DNA of 64,000 nt from Tubulanus polymorphus (Eukaryota > Animalia > Nemertea): the NCBI RefSeq assembly GCF_964204645.1, contig NC_134029.1, positions 12,798,850 through 12,862,849 of the forward strand. Direction: 5' to 3'. This document shows positions 12,031 through 25,800 of the stretch, piece after piece. Both the position numbers and the translations under genes were made by a program. The stretch's first letter is position 1. Every line of letters starts with the position of its first letter. The notes beneath the pieces are model-generated. The model ran no database searches and had not been told where the DNA came from. It saw only the letters and a list, made by a program, of their open reading frames with translations.

Positions 12031-14099
12031 CCGTACTTCCGTATGTATGGGACCCGTACAAAACCGTCGCGACCTTTTGTCACGACGAAATTATGTCGAA
12101 CAAACGTGATATATCGCAATTTATCGACATAATTAAGTCGATATACCGTGTTTATATCACGATAAATCGTTATACGGATCACGCCTTTCACCAATGTCGA
12201 CGTCTGTATCTCAACATAACCGCGTACCATCGACATAATTATCACTCCTTTAGCTAAAATGTCGTGATACGTATGGCAATTTATTGAGACAATATCGCAA
12301 AAAGTCGACATAAAAATCACAACATTTTAAATAAAGTCTTCCTAGTTACATCGATATATTGAGATAGTTAACCTAATTTCAATAAGGGGACGCATACTTA
12401 ATGATGTTTAATGTTAGATGAATATGAAAGAAGAAATGAAGTTGGCAGAAAAATTAAAATGACTTTAGCATTTGACATCATTTATCATTTATCATTTGAC
12501 ATATTGAATTTTGGGGTTCAAGTAGAATGACCCCAAATGCTGGGCCACAATAATAGTGTTCGGTACATGGTCGATGAACTAAATAGGTCATTCGCATCAA
12601 TACTTTGTCACAATTGATTTGCGGTATATTTTGGATTACTGTGTATGTCATTTGTCAGGACATTAGACAGTAGACGACTTAGGATACTACCTAGCATGAC
12701 TCCACTAGTTAGACCGACTTATTCCAAGATGTGGCGTTCCGTTGATTGATAAGTTTTCGTTCAGAGATAACTGCTGAGCCATTTGGGCGACCTATCATTG
12801 ATACTGTTTCCTAATAGCCTGTTTAGTTAGTAATGGCTGATGTTGTGCCTTATCAAATGCTTTGTCGAAATCCACCGATAAACAGGATTCTAAGACAGCG
12901 GAAAACCCGTTATCTCTGCTTTGCTGCTATATTTATTATAAATGTTCCACTTTCCAGCCAAAGATTTTTCATAAAATGTAACTCCTTTCAGATTCGACTA
13001 CCAACAGCTTGTAAACGTAATTTTCAATTCAGTCAGAAATATAACTCAGCGCCTGACCATTTCGAATTTGCGTGTAGTAATCTATCATAAATTAATCCCG
13101 CATAATTACCGGGTCTAAACAGCGTCAAGAATAACGCAAAGAATCGTCATCCATTGAGAAAAGTGCACTCCGAAAAGCCTAAATTTTACCGGACGACCTT
13201 GAGCGTTAACTCAACCGTAAATGACGGATTCGGACTCACATTACTCCGGACACGTCAATTCTCGCTATCTGATTCATATATGAGCGATTCAAAAAGCCGC
13301 CATTTTGTTTTCGCAAATCATGTAATCGGACTGATATAAGTCCCGATCCGCCATTTCCTGTTTTTGTTTCATCTATCGTCACCATTTTGTACCATCTTCC
13401 GTTTGGCATATGAACTCAACATTACCTTAATCGCTTCAAAGACGCCGATGCCACATCAAGTTCGAATCCCGACAATGCAATAATTTTGTTACCTATATAT
13501 AATTCCCTCTTTGTGATTAAAGTTAATTAATGTTCATTGAATATACGTTGTTAAGGTCGTTTTCAAAGTTGTTATAGTTCAAACATATGTACAATATGTA
13601 AACTGTCACTAATAAATGAAAACAAAAAAACTTTTTCTAAAAATCGTAGTTTATTTCTGAATGCAAATTCCTCACTTAACAAATTGATGCATGAAAGTAG
13701 ACCAACCTACCGGTAGTATTAACGAAATTATGGATCAAAACGCGCAAGGAGAGCATGTGCGACAGACTAGTTCATGCAACTGCCACCAGGAGACTTTGAA
13801 AGAACCATATCTTCGGTTAAGTCATTTTGGTACATCGATACTTTTTACGTTGTAGCCCTTGTGTGTAGCTGGATCCATATATCCAGCATTTTGGTGACCC
13901 AGGTTGCGCTTCTTGGAAATAAGTCATATGTTATGAACTGTAGAATGATTTCGATGACGCTTCCCAGTGCGATATATGAACCAGTTGGGCAGAAACCCGT
14001 TATCGCTGCTATGCAGCTATATTTATCATTATTTGACAATTGACGTCAAAACTGCAAAGGCTTTCTTACCTTACCACTTTTTCTAATTCGAATTTTCGA

Positions 14100-16138
14100 A
14101 TTTTGATGAATCAATGTTACAAAAGCACTGACGGGTTGTAAACATCGAAAATTGAGCCCCATTCAATGAGGCGACATGTGATTTTAGTCGTCATCCCGAA
14201 ATCATCCGCAGGCTGGTCATCACTTCGATTGTCAATTCAAGTATAAAACACAAATTTATTGCCGCGAGACTTCACATTCAGTCGCAGTATTCAAACGGTC
14301 ATTTGAACAATTACCCATTTTCTTCTTAGGTACACGTTACCGATCCACATGATATTTACTACTCTAAATATTACAAGCACTGTCCAGCTGTAAATATCAA
14401 TGAATCAACGTGTGCCTATACATCACAGTTCCGCGGATCCGCTGCGAGTTTTCCTCGCCATGAGAATCAAATCAAGTACTAATAAATTTATTACTACCAG
14501 TGATTTCTCCGCGGGCTTCAAAAAGTTAGTTTAATAATATCTATTTTTCTTTACCAAATTTACCATGTATTTACTAGGATAAATCATTAGAGTACCGAGG
14601 AGTCGTAGGCCTAAACTAAACATGCTAAGAGGTGTAGCGGAGAAAAGCTTTTGTGTCGACGAGGTATCGAAATAAAGAAATTATTACTTTATTCGGCCGC
14701 TGGTTTTAACCATTTATCAATACTCTATTTTTCCTACAGTACATACCGATCATTGTCAAATGCACAAGGTATCTACAAGTATATAACACACTCCTATCCG
14801 TAAGCTGGACTCACGTTTGATATTCAGAGTAAGCATTTGCCGGGGGAAAGGATATCGTTCGCTGTGTCGCTTGAAGTGTTTATCAAGTTGTACGCAATCT
14901 TTAGGCTTTAGGCCTCCCGGTACTGAGCTTTACTGGCTCAAACAAACACAGTATAATTGTTTCGTTTATTAACGGACTCATTGGATTAAACTTCAAAACA
15001 AAATTTGAAATAAAATTCTGGCAACATTGCTACTATGTACAAAAGATTTCTTTTTCATAATCCGTTAATAATATCGATTTACCAATTGAATACCCCAGAG
15101 ACCTATCCCTGTCGAATGAGGTGTAGGAATACAATGTTTACGAGGGTTGAAATTCAGTAGGCCTAAGCCCATTCTGTCCGGATGTTAGGCCTTCGCATAT
15201 ACATAGGCCTACATAGGCTAGTAGCCTCTAGTTTAAAGCTAAGTTCCCTGTAAAGGAGGAATCAAAATTTATTAGAAGGCATGTATTAGTTATTAACTGG
15301 TTCCGACTTCCAATGATCAATCACAATTATCAATGATATTTTATTGACAAAAATGAAGATTTTTATTGAAAATTTCGTCGAAAAAAGTTGTTTTTGTTCA
15401 AACAATTTTTTGTAACGAAAGGTTTTTCGTTGGAATAAACTGTTCGATTGAACAGAATCGTTATCATTCGAACATCCATTTGAATAAAATTGTTTTTGCT
15501 CAACAATTTCTTTTGTCAGGACAAAAAGTTTTTCGTTTGAACAATAACATAGCTCTTTATTCGAACAAATTTTTTTGGTAGAATGAAGAAGTCTTCGTTC
15601 AAACGAAAAGCATGTTGTTCGATCAAACAGGATTATTTTCATTGCAACTAAATTTTCTTGTCGGAACATTAAGTTTTTTGTTCGAACAAGTATATTGTTC
15701 GATCGAAGCGTTTTTTGTTCCAAACAACACAATTTTGATGGAACTAAATGAGTAATCTTTATTAGAACAAAATAATCTTCTCACTCGAACACAAGGGTTT
15801 CAACCTCGGTTTTCTTTGTATCCAATATCCATATCATGCCTTTTAGGTTGAACCCCATCTTTCATGTTTCTACCGATGTACAGATCACAGCTAATTTAGG
15901 TCGTTTTGGAAATTCACTCGGTCCGGTACATTTTGGATTACTGTGTATATCATTTATCACGACAGTGAAGAGGACTTAGGATACTACCTTGCTTGACTCA
16001 ACTATTTGGACCGACTTATTCCAAGATGAGGCTATATTGACTGTTTGTCGACCTCCCGTTTAAAAAACCGTGTTGACCGTTGAACGGGATTCTAAGACTG
16101 TGCAGAAAACTTGTTATCGCTGCTATGCAGCTATATTT
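14100..16138 (+). mobile_element. Helentron-like element, copy B (5'-truncated), with degenerate gttcgaac-rich array at ~15370-15790
   Basis: Colinear with copy A and the inverse of copy C. Ends ttatcgctgctatgcagctatattt. Confidence 0.6.
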
Positions 16139-17095
16139 AGAATTTAGGATGGTGATAAAATAGTTTCTTATAGTTTGGTAATGTTTCAAAATCAACTAAT
16201 AGTAAAAATCAAAAGCGAAATAAAAACGGCGTGTATAATTCATTGCACAGTATTTATATAAGCCGCACTTATATCAATACACAGCAGTCTAAAGGCACAC
16301 AGCATTTGGTAAATCGCGACTCTCCCCTAGCATATAGGCCTCCACCCTTGTCTATCACTCGCCAATTGTTCTAACTCCTCCCACTTCAACTCTATTAGTT
16401 AAGATAGAATCAATCGCACGAAAAACAAGAACAAAACTCCAAAGTTGCTACTTCCGTTTGGGCCAACTGTTGGCGGATTTCTGCCATTTGGCGGGATATT
16501 TACATCCCTGATTGCTCCAATAAATATATTTCAAAGGTACTTACAAGGTTTTGCAATAGATGGCTCATGGGTATTATGAAAATTCTCCATGAAAATGCGA
16601 GACACCTGTGACTGTGTACATAGTGAAGGTGTGGTGGAAAGTCACCGCTGACCATGTAACACGTAACGAAAGTGTTAATAACAACGGTTGGCTTCATAAA
16701 ATTCAGACATTTGATGCATTTGAGTCACTACTTTGCACTTAAATCGCTGTTAGTATCACCCGTTTCTATAGAATAGCCATGTTGTTTTGGTTCGGGTTCT
16801 AAGATTGACGTCACACCTCTGGGTAGGGAAGGAATCAGCACAGCCGATCAAAAGTCTAATTTTTACAGTAGCCTAATTGTAGAATGCAGAATTCATTTAT
16901 TGACCACTTAACCATTAATTAGGTTATGGTTGATGATAAAAATTACTTTTAGCCATATTTCGGAAACCACTTCACGACTCTTAACATTTTGTTATCGGCA
17001 ACAGTGATTTTAATTATGCATCTTTTGACACAAAATTTGCTTCAATACCTTCAATGTCTTCAGGGTTTCGTTAATTCTCTTGTGGCCGAGAAGCA

Positions 17096-17569
17096 CAGTC
17101 AAAGCTCGTTATACCGCCATCCGTAATATCACCAAGAATTTCCTTGTGGACAGTTAATTTGATATCTATATGTATGTAAATAGCTCTCGTTATACCACCT
17201 CTCACCCTCTGCCAGAACGCCAACGAAATCATACAACCTCCTTTCATACTCATAGAAAAAACATTGTTAAACGGCTAATGATCTTTCATCATCGCTTCCA
17301 GTCTTCAGGTTAAGAATCGATACATGTGGTCGGCAGTATCACATATCTACTGTATAATTTGTTTCTATTATCTAAATGAAATGAGCTAAGACCTTTACCC
17401 TTTCCTTAATTAAGATAAACAAATGTCAACTAACGTCTAATCCTCGATTTGGTTAATAGCCATGTTGTGTATACTAGGTCAACTCTCACGATCCCATTTC
17501 GTTATACGGCCACATGCGTTATACCAGTTTTGACAGTCGCGCAGCTGGCATTATAACGAGCTTTGACTG
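17096..17569. mobile_element. pogo/Tigger-type MITE
   Basis: TIR cagtcaaagctcgttata / tataacgagctttgactg. TA follows the right end; the left flank is CA. Confidence 0.85.
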
Positions 17570-19556
17570 TACATGAATAAAAAGAGCTTACCCAAGAAAT
17601 CCTGCAATAAGACATTCTACTTCTGGATGGTTCCTCAAATATTTCTCATTTTCAAGTCTGGTATGTATCTGAAGAATATAATAAAATTCACATCATAATG
17701 ACATCATCATGCACAACCAAGTATCTTAAAAAGTATTTTTATGGGCTTGAATAGATAGCTCTGAATGTTACCTTTTCAAATATATATGGTTTATAGCAGT
17801 TTAATTGAGAAATAAGTGACTGGAAAGCAATTTTCAACTTTTGGGTCACGACATAAAAATCCCCCCAAAATAAGTGGCGTACGGGTATATTTATTATAAA
17901 AATAAGTTGCGGTCAAGGGGTTAAGGCATTGACAAGACAAATCTAAGCCAAAACTCCATTCGTATCGCCATACTTGCTAGTTTGGATACTTAATTGAATA
18001 GCCTACTCAGTTACATTCGTAACACGAAACAAATTATAAGCGAACATACGATACCTAGTCGAATGAAATGCTCGCCATTTCCTAATGGGCTTTCCCAATT
18101 ACATCGAAAGTTCCTGGAATTTCCTGTATATCCAACAAACAGCCAATCACATTCAATGTAGCTCAGGTAACAACGTCAACTCAGATAAATTGAAGTGAGA
18201 AAACTTAGGGGGTTTATAAAGTGAGGGCCAGTAGGTCGAAAAGTACATCCAGATAAGTCGCACAAAATATGGCAACACTTCCAGGAAGGATTGAACTTTA
18301 ATATATTTCAATTCCAAGTATGCAAATTCTCATATGTGAAAACGTGCCATTACTTAGTGCTAATAAATTGCCCATGGGCAAAGTGTGGTTTACCTTGAAA
18401 GCTAGAGGTTGGTTGGAGAAAGGGCATTGCTTGAAAAATCTTTTTAATTCGTGACTTCAAAGCTCTAGAAGTTTATATTGTATTTTATCTTTCTTAAAGA
18501 ATTATTTTGTAGTCAAATGAGACGAAAGATAAACATTTGTTTATGGTCTACGTCCATAATTTCGTAGGGTACAGGTAGGCATGGCATTGGAAACTATTTT
18601 ACATTTTCAAAGAAATATTCTTCACAATATGAAAAAATATTCAAATCAAATTCATATGATGTCACATAGAGGGTGGCTGAATATTGAGTCTTGGAAACGA
18701 AACCTTTTCCAATGTATGGCTGCGGAAGCTAAAACCGAGGCGTAGTATTAGATCGTTTTAAATCCTGGAATTTACCACTACAATATTCAGACATCGACCT
18801 ATACCTATAGTTTGCTGCTTAGTATTTTCAGGTAACAAGAAATTACAATTCATTACAAATTCTATCAAACAGAAAACACAGCGCTCATCTGCTACGACGA
18901 TTATTCAGCCTGTTATCATACCAAACGTGCACGCACCAAGCAGCGTTACAGCATCACCATATAGTAGTCTGTATGAGCATGTGTTTGTGTGTGCAACAGT
19001 CTAATGTTTAGCACTCCCGCACACGGAGACCTTGTATAGTGAACGTTCGCTTCACTACAATCTCGATCAACACATTCACAGGGTATTAAAATGAAACAAT
19101 ACCTCTGGCGATATGTGAAATAATTCTCACCAGCAATGAGCATTTAAAATTCGCACATATACGGCACCTAGTCCAATGAAATGTTCGCCATTAATGGCTT
19201 TCCCATAATTATTTTAGTAGCGCCGGAATTCCCCGTATATCCAAAAAAAAGTCAATCACGTTCGCTCGTAGAGACAACGCCCCCCAATCGAAGTAATTGC
19301 AATTTTATACGCGAGAGCTAAGAATTTTCTTTCGTCGTTTTTCGTCGAATTCTAACAATGCTGACCATGTCATCGATGGAGGTTCGTCATGTCTTCAATC
19401 GCATCGATTACACATTGTTTAAGCCGAGAACCAATAAAACAAATGCTCACATAAAAAAACGTACCGCGATTCTACATGAATTGGCTCAATGCCAACCTCA
19501 TACTGCTGACAAAGGTAAACCAAAAAGCAGTGTTTTTACGTGTTTTTCAAGAATAA

Positions 19557-19895
19557 GTTTTACTTAGTAGCCACTTCAGAACAATAAGCAATTAACGATA
19601 TCGGCTACTTTTCCAGTAGTATACATTTCAAATCAGTCACTCTGAAATAGTATTCCTTTCAATTCGGTTGGTTTTCTATAGTGGCTGTTTCAAAGACTCT
19701 ACTATTGAAAAGTGACCATTTTTAAACATCTGGTTTCGATAGTGCATACTAGCAGTAGAGGTGACTGTAAAACCACCCACCTGTTAACAGCGACTTTGTG
19801 ATAGTAACTCCTACCATAGCAGCTACTCTCAAAACACATCGTTCCTAAAAGTCAACTATTGAAAAGTGACCATTTTGAGATGGCGTGGTAATTTC
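19557..19895 (+). repeat. Dispersed repeat; inverted copy at ~30339-30713
   Basis: High-identity reverse-complement match (ttttacttagtag...gagatggc). Confidence 0.85.
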
Positions 19896-20334
19896 GGGTT
19901 ATAAATACACTGCAGCAACAGATGCTTCAGATTAGCAGTGATACATGACAGTATAAACATACTCAGAAACTATAGTGAATACTCTACTCACTGACACGCT
20001 ATAGTTTTGGGTATAGTTCTATTTAGAGTGACTCAGTTAAGATCTGAAGATATTGAAGATACTCTTTGAGGATGTGAAATGTAATGAGCGATTCCCAACT
20101 CTAACCAATAAAAGTCGAGATTGGAGTTAAATTTGTTTACAAATTGTCAATAAGTTATGTAGTTTTAAGATAAATCCAAATTTTCTTCTTTTCATGGCGA
20201 TATAATTCAATGAAGAATTCAATTATAACAAATGCAGCTATAATTTACGACTATATAAATTGTAAAAACTATTAATTGGTAAGGGAAGTGTACAATATTG
20301 TGCAATATTTTTAGGGCAAGGAAGTAATCTTATT

Positions 20335-20867
20335 GTTCCAATTTTTGTTCTAAAATCAGAATAATTTATATTTATATTAAATTCATTACAAATTATATAA
20401 AACTTTGATAAATTAATATTTTTATCTATTTCTTTAAAATATCTAGATCCTGGTAAAGGACATTCTAATTCATTCAATATTAATCTTATTTGAAAATAAG
20501 TATGAAATCTAAATAAACTTTGAATTAATTTAAATTTTGAATTATTTAAATGATCATTCCAACTAATTCCACATCCTGTTGTTGCGCAATAAACAGCAAA
20601 ATTTAATTGGTTCTGCCAATACTTTATATCAGATTTTAATAACCATTGTTTTTCATCTTTCAATTTTTTTTAATTGATTAAATATACATGAAATATATTT
20701 TCCATCTTTACATTAAAATTATTACTTTCAGTAACATAAATATCTAAATTAATTAATGAATTTAAAACTTCATTTCTATATGTACTATTTTTATTAAAAT
20801 CTATTGCTGGAATAATATATTCAATTCATCTATTATAGTGGAAAGCTTTTGGAAAACTAACTACCAT
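20335..20867 (-). pseudogene. Conserved uncharacterised Polinton-associated protein
   Basis: W..QLNFAVYCATTGCGIS..HL...FRFHTYFQIRLIL.EL..PLPG is a motif I recall from invertebrate Polinton-like elements. There are stops upstream of the tracked ORF. Confidence 0.55.
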
Positions 20868-20949
20868 TTATATGATCAAAAATTAACAATTTAATTATTC
20901 TTTTAATAATTTATCTTGTTCTTCAATTGTTATATTACCATTTAACTAA

Positions 20950-21315
20950 TAATATAATCTAATGTATTTTTAAATTATTTATTTCTTTTATATTAGATTT
21001 AATTTTTTCTTTATAACTTTTTATATTTAATTTTGAACTTATTCCGGTTACAACACTTGATGATAATCCTTAAACGCCAATTGATACAGCTAAAGGTGTT
21101 AATGGACTGAATATTGCTTTAAATGTCAATACCGAACTAATTGTAACTGAACCACTAATAATGAAATAAAATATGATTTTAGATTATAAACATTTTTTCT
21201 TTTTAACTTTTAAATCATTTTCAAATTCTAATATTTGTTTTTCCAAATATAATTTTAATTTAGTTTTATTTATATCATGAGGAATAATATCAATATTATC
21301 AACTTTGTCATCCAT
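20950..21315 (-). pseudogene. Small two-TM/coiled-coil protein of the Polinton remnant
   Basis: MDDKVDNIDIIPH...IIFYFIISGSVTISSVLTF...LAVSIGV*GLSSSVVTGIS..KEKIK: hydrophobic stretches flanked by charged helices, with internal stops. Confidence 0.5.
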
Positions 21316-21824
21316 TTATTTAGTAAAAAAATTACTAATTAGTAATAGAATGATGACCACACTCAAACGTGGTGAACGGATAATAAGATAAAATCCCACT
21401 ATTTACAGATTAAAAGAATTTAAAAACCAGAATTTATTTATTAAATCTAAAATATTTAAAAGACACGACGTTTCGATCTCACCCTATTAATTTCTTGCGC
21501 TAATGTTTCTAAATTATATAATCCAGGCTTAAGATAAAGATGAAACCATTAATTTTTTTTCTATCGTTTAAAAAAACTCTAAGTTCAATAGTTTTATTCG
21601 ATATATTGTAAAATGAGTTACATAAACTAATATTTACTAATTTCAAATCTACACAATTTCTAAATTCCCTATCTAATTGTACTAGTAAATTAAGTCATTT
21701 ATAATTTTTAAGTCTTCTAGAATCAACAAATATTCTACATTCTTTTAATTCAACCATTAATTATAACTCAAAAAAATTACCTCGAACCAAAAAAATTAAT
21801 TTAAAAAAAATTTTTCCAAAATAA

Positions 21825-22820
21825 ATGGACGAGAAGATAGAATGTGATATTTGTGGTGAACTTCAAAGAAAAAATAATATGGCTCGACAGATGAAAAAAA
21901 CATGATAAAAATTATAAACCCCCTAAAATAAACTACCCAAATTGCAATAAATTATTTTCAAGAAATTATGTTAAAAAACATCCAGAGAAGTGTAAAATTA
22001 ATAACTTAATGGTTATTGTTGATAGTTACGAAAGGAATAGTAATTCTGTTGCAACTGAACCTGAAATGATTTGGAATAGACCTTTATTATTTTATGATAA
22101 GAATAATATAAAGAATCATTTCTGTGAGCATTGTTGAAAATATAGCCCTGAAAATATAGAAGATTGGGAGAATCATCAATTTAAAAAAGCACAATTAAAA
22201 TATCTAGATGAAATTTTTAAAATATTTTCTATCATACAGCAGAATAAAAGCAATGGCTTGAAAAAATGAAAATGATCGAAAATGATAATGGTGAAATAAC
22301 TAAGAAAGATATAATCAAATCATTTATTCCATCAACATGTAGCACAAACGAGAAGAAAATGTATTTATATTTATTATTTACAATTATTATAAAAAACCAA
22401 AAAACAAAAGAAAACAGGGAAAATATAAAAGAAACATTCATAAAAATATTAAAATATTATGTGGATCATAAAATAACAGATTCAATTAATTATGAATTCT
22501 TTTTAAATAAGATTGTAAATTTTTTAAACATAGATATTATAATTCCATTTGATGAATTAACAAATAAAAAGAAAGAAAAAGAGCAAAATGAAATGTGGAA
22601 CAATATAGATCTTCATTTAAATGAGAAAAATGAAATGAAAGAACCTAAAGAAATTATAGAAAAACAATCAGGTGAAAATGAAGAACATCTAATGAATGAA
22701 AGTTATGAATATTTAATTGAATGTATTAATGAACAAAATATAGAACTTTTAGAAGATGAAGAATTAGAAGATGATGATTTATTTGTAATGAAACAATTTC
22801 ATAAAAATATTAATAATTAA
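21825..22820 (+). pseudogene. Zinc-finger/acidic-tail protein of the Polinton remnant
   Basis: MDEKIECDICGELQRKNNMARQMKK(H) C2H2-like start, disrupted, continuing into the 22266-22820 ORF. Its stop overlaps the PolB stop (convergent genes). Confidence 0.5.
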
Positions 22821-25800
22821 TGGCCATAAGGTAAAGTTTTTATTCCATCATCCAAAATATATCTTTTATCGTCGAATGGATTTAAACTAGTTTTTTCAAC
22901 TTCATTAATGTACACCTCGTGATCTTCTGATCTTAAACAATTCATTCTATGTTTCATTACAATTGAGTTATATAAACACTTTATATAATCTTGAAATTCT
23001 ATATGTTTATCAACCACATGCTTTGTTATTCCTTTTAACTTTTTTCGCTTCATGGTCTTTTGTTCTATAACTATACATTTTATTTCTTATCCTAACAAAT
23101 TCAATCATTTCATCACCCCCTAATTCATCTTTAAATTTACCAAGCTGCTTTTTATTTTCGTTACTAAATAATTCATGATCTTTTGGATAATTGCTAAAAT
23201 CGAAATGATGCTTTAATGCTTTTAAGTCTTTTGTTATGTCTTTTGTTTTGATTTTTAGTATGTATGCATCCGTATCGACCGCTATTAATGGGAACCCAGA
23301 ATTGAATGTTCCATCATCTATTGATAAATCATAAACATAATCCGATGGGTAATATATTTCAAATAAATCTTTAACTTCTTCTGTTAACTCATTTTCTACA
23401 TGGCTTAAATTAAAGCAATTTGGTTTAGATTTAATCCAATATTCATATTAAAACCTAATGAATTGCATAATATATTCAATCCTGATATAGCAACTTTTCC
23501 TTTCTGAGCTAAAGATATTGTTTTGCGGTTTTTGAAACCTTTTGAACAATCTGCTGCGTAGAATCCTATAAAATACCATTTTCTTAGATTATATTTTGCA
23601 TTTAATACATAATCTGGAACTATCTTTTCTTTTGATGAAGTATTACTTGTAACTATTGCATGAATATAGAATTCATCATTATATTTTGTAGCAAAATCTT
23701 TTGGATTATTCTGATAGTATTCTATAAACTGCTGATGATTTCATATGATCCACGATTCTAAATGTTTTATTTGGATAAACTTCTTCACAGTATTTCTTAG
23801 TTCTTTCTAATAATTTCAAATCTTGATTACATAAATACCAACAATATCTATTGCACCCAACATAATTATACACACCTGCTGAACCATCTCCCATAAAAAA
23901 ATCCTTTAATAAAATATTCTTTTACTTCTCATGTTTCTGGTTCTATGTTATAAATAGTATCAATTATTTCATCAAATGACATATGATTCACTCTTGGATA
24001 AAATCTTTTATGTAATAATTCATCTCGATTTTTATATCAGTTGGTTTTATTTCATCACCATTTCGTTTAATTAACCTGTGATCTTCAGTAACATCTACAA
24101 ACCCTAATTTGATTCAAACTATAAATCTTCTTATTCGTTTTATGTCTAATAATATTCTTTAATTTTTTCCATCCATTTCTTGTCCAAACATCCATTAATC
24201 CATTTATTTGTATTCTTTTTCACCATATGAAATATAACGTTCATTTTGACATTATTTTTGAAATTCTTCTGATTAATATTTGATTATTGTATTTTAATAA
24301 TATTGGAGTATCAGCTGTTACAGAATCAAAATATAATAATTCACTATGTTTTTCCCCGAAAAGTTGTTGTAAAACATTATAATAAAAATCATACATTAAT
24401 AATTTTGATATTTCTAAAACAGTTGAACCAACGAATATAGGTTTATTAAATTTCATTGACGTTCTTTTTAATTTACTGCTGTTAAATAATCTTCAAATCT
24501 TTTATTTCCTAAGTGTCTAGGACTTGATTGTAAATGTCTCAATCGTTCAGAATTATTTACAAATTCTATATCATTTCTATTTCTAATATTTTCACATGTT
24601 TTTCCATAAAAACGATTATTCATTAATTTAAAAAAATCTTTTTCAAAATCAGTTTTAGATATTGTTTTCTGTTGAGTATTGAAATCTATATATTTTTCTA
24701 ACCACTTCGATTGATTAAATTCAATATATCTATGTACTTTCTTTAATTTCATTCCTTGTCTTAGATAAAATTTTAACATTCTATAATGAACAATATACTT
24801 ATATTTATTATTTTGTGTTAATATTAATTTTTCTGTAAAAACATGGTCTTTCGGTTTTATTTTTTTCTGGTATTTACTTAGATAACTATCATCTACGGCT
24901 AAATGTTCTGGGCAATAAGGTAAGTTTCTTGTTTTAAACTTTATATTTTCAGGATATTCTAAATCAACTACAAAGAAATAACCAATTGGAACATCATCTT
25001 CTAAACTCATAATTGCGCTTTCCCAATTAGTTTTATCATCATTTTCAACTTCTGTTAATGCCGCGTTATTATAAAATCATTATCAACTAAACTTTTTGCT
25101 AAATAATCTAATGAACTTGCTAGAAATCTATAAGAATCTAAAAATCTAATGCAACCAAATTGAAATGAAATATAATTTTCAGATGTTTTAGCTAATAGTT
25201 TAAAATCCTATTTTCTTACATTTAAATCATTTATAGCATTATATTCTTCTATTTATTGATTAATGGCGCCTAATTTTTCTGATAATTGTTTTATAAATAA
25301 GTGGGTATCATACCCTGATAAATTATGAAATAATATTGGTACGAAATTAACTTTTTTAGCTTGTAAATTACAATCTTCATGAGCAGCTCGGCGATATTTT
25401 GAATTTAAATGATCATGATCTCTAACTTTTTTATCAAATGAATAAAATCGTTGTTCACATAATTCTTTATGTTTTAGTAATGCATTTTCTGTCATAGATT
25501 TAGATAAACATTTTCTACAAAGATAAATCTTAAGAAATGTTTTGTAATATCATCAATCTATAACATTTTCATCATCATAATATTCTGTTAAATATAAAGC
25601 TTCTAATGTATAATCTTTAATATTTTTACCTTTTGTCTCTGGTAATAGCATTAATTCATTAATACATTTATTTTTAAATTATTAACTTTTTCTAATTTAG
25701 GAATCATTTTAATAGTTACTGGATATTGATCAATCTTATATAATGTTACATATTTCCGGTACTCTGTTATTCTATAAACATGTTCTTCTGTTGGATGTTA

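Larger units (their letters stand above)
8724..12935 (+). mobile_element. Helentron-like non-autonomous element, copy A, with internal satellite and foldback
   Basis: Repeated 5' sub-terminal palindrome tagggttttctg...cagaaaacccta and a 3' end with a gctgc/gcagc-type hairpin plus ctatattt. Internal blocks are shared with 14100-16138 and, inverted, 43868-47318. Confidence 0.6.

Noticed and set aside
15286-15732. 148-aa ORF and similar ORFs at 44237-44750
   Set aside because: They are translations of a degenerate gttcgaac-rich repeat array with no protein motifs.
21460-21486. Minus-strand gatcGAAACGTCgtgtc resembling the 3' half of a hammerhead
   Set aside because: The CUGANGA half is absent. 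At most this is a truncated Penelope-type scrap.
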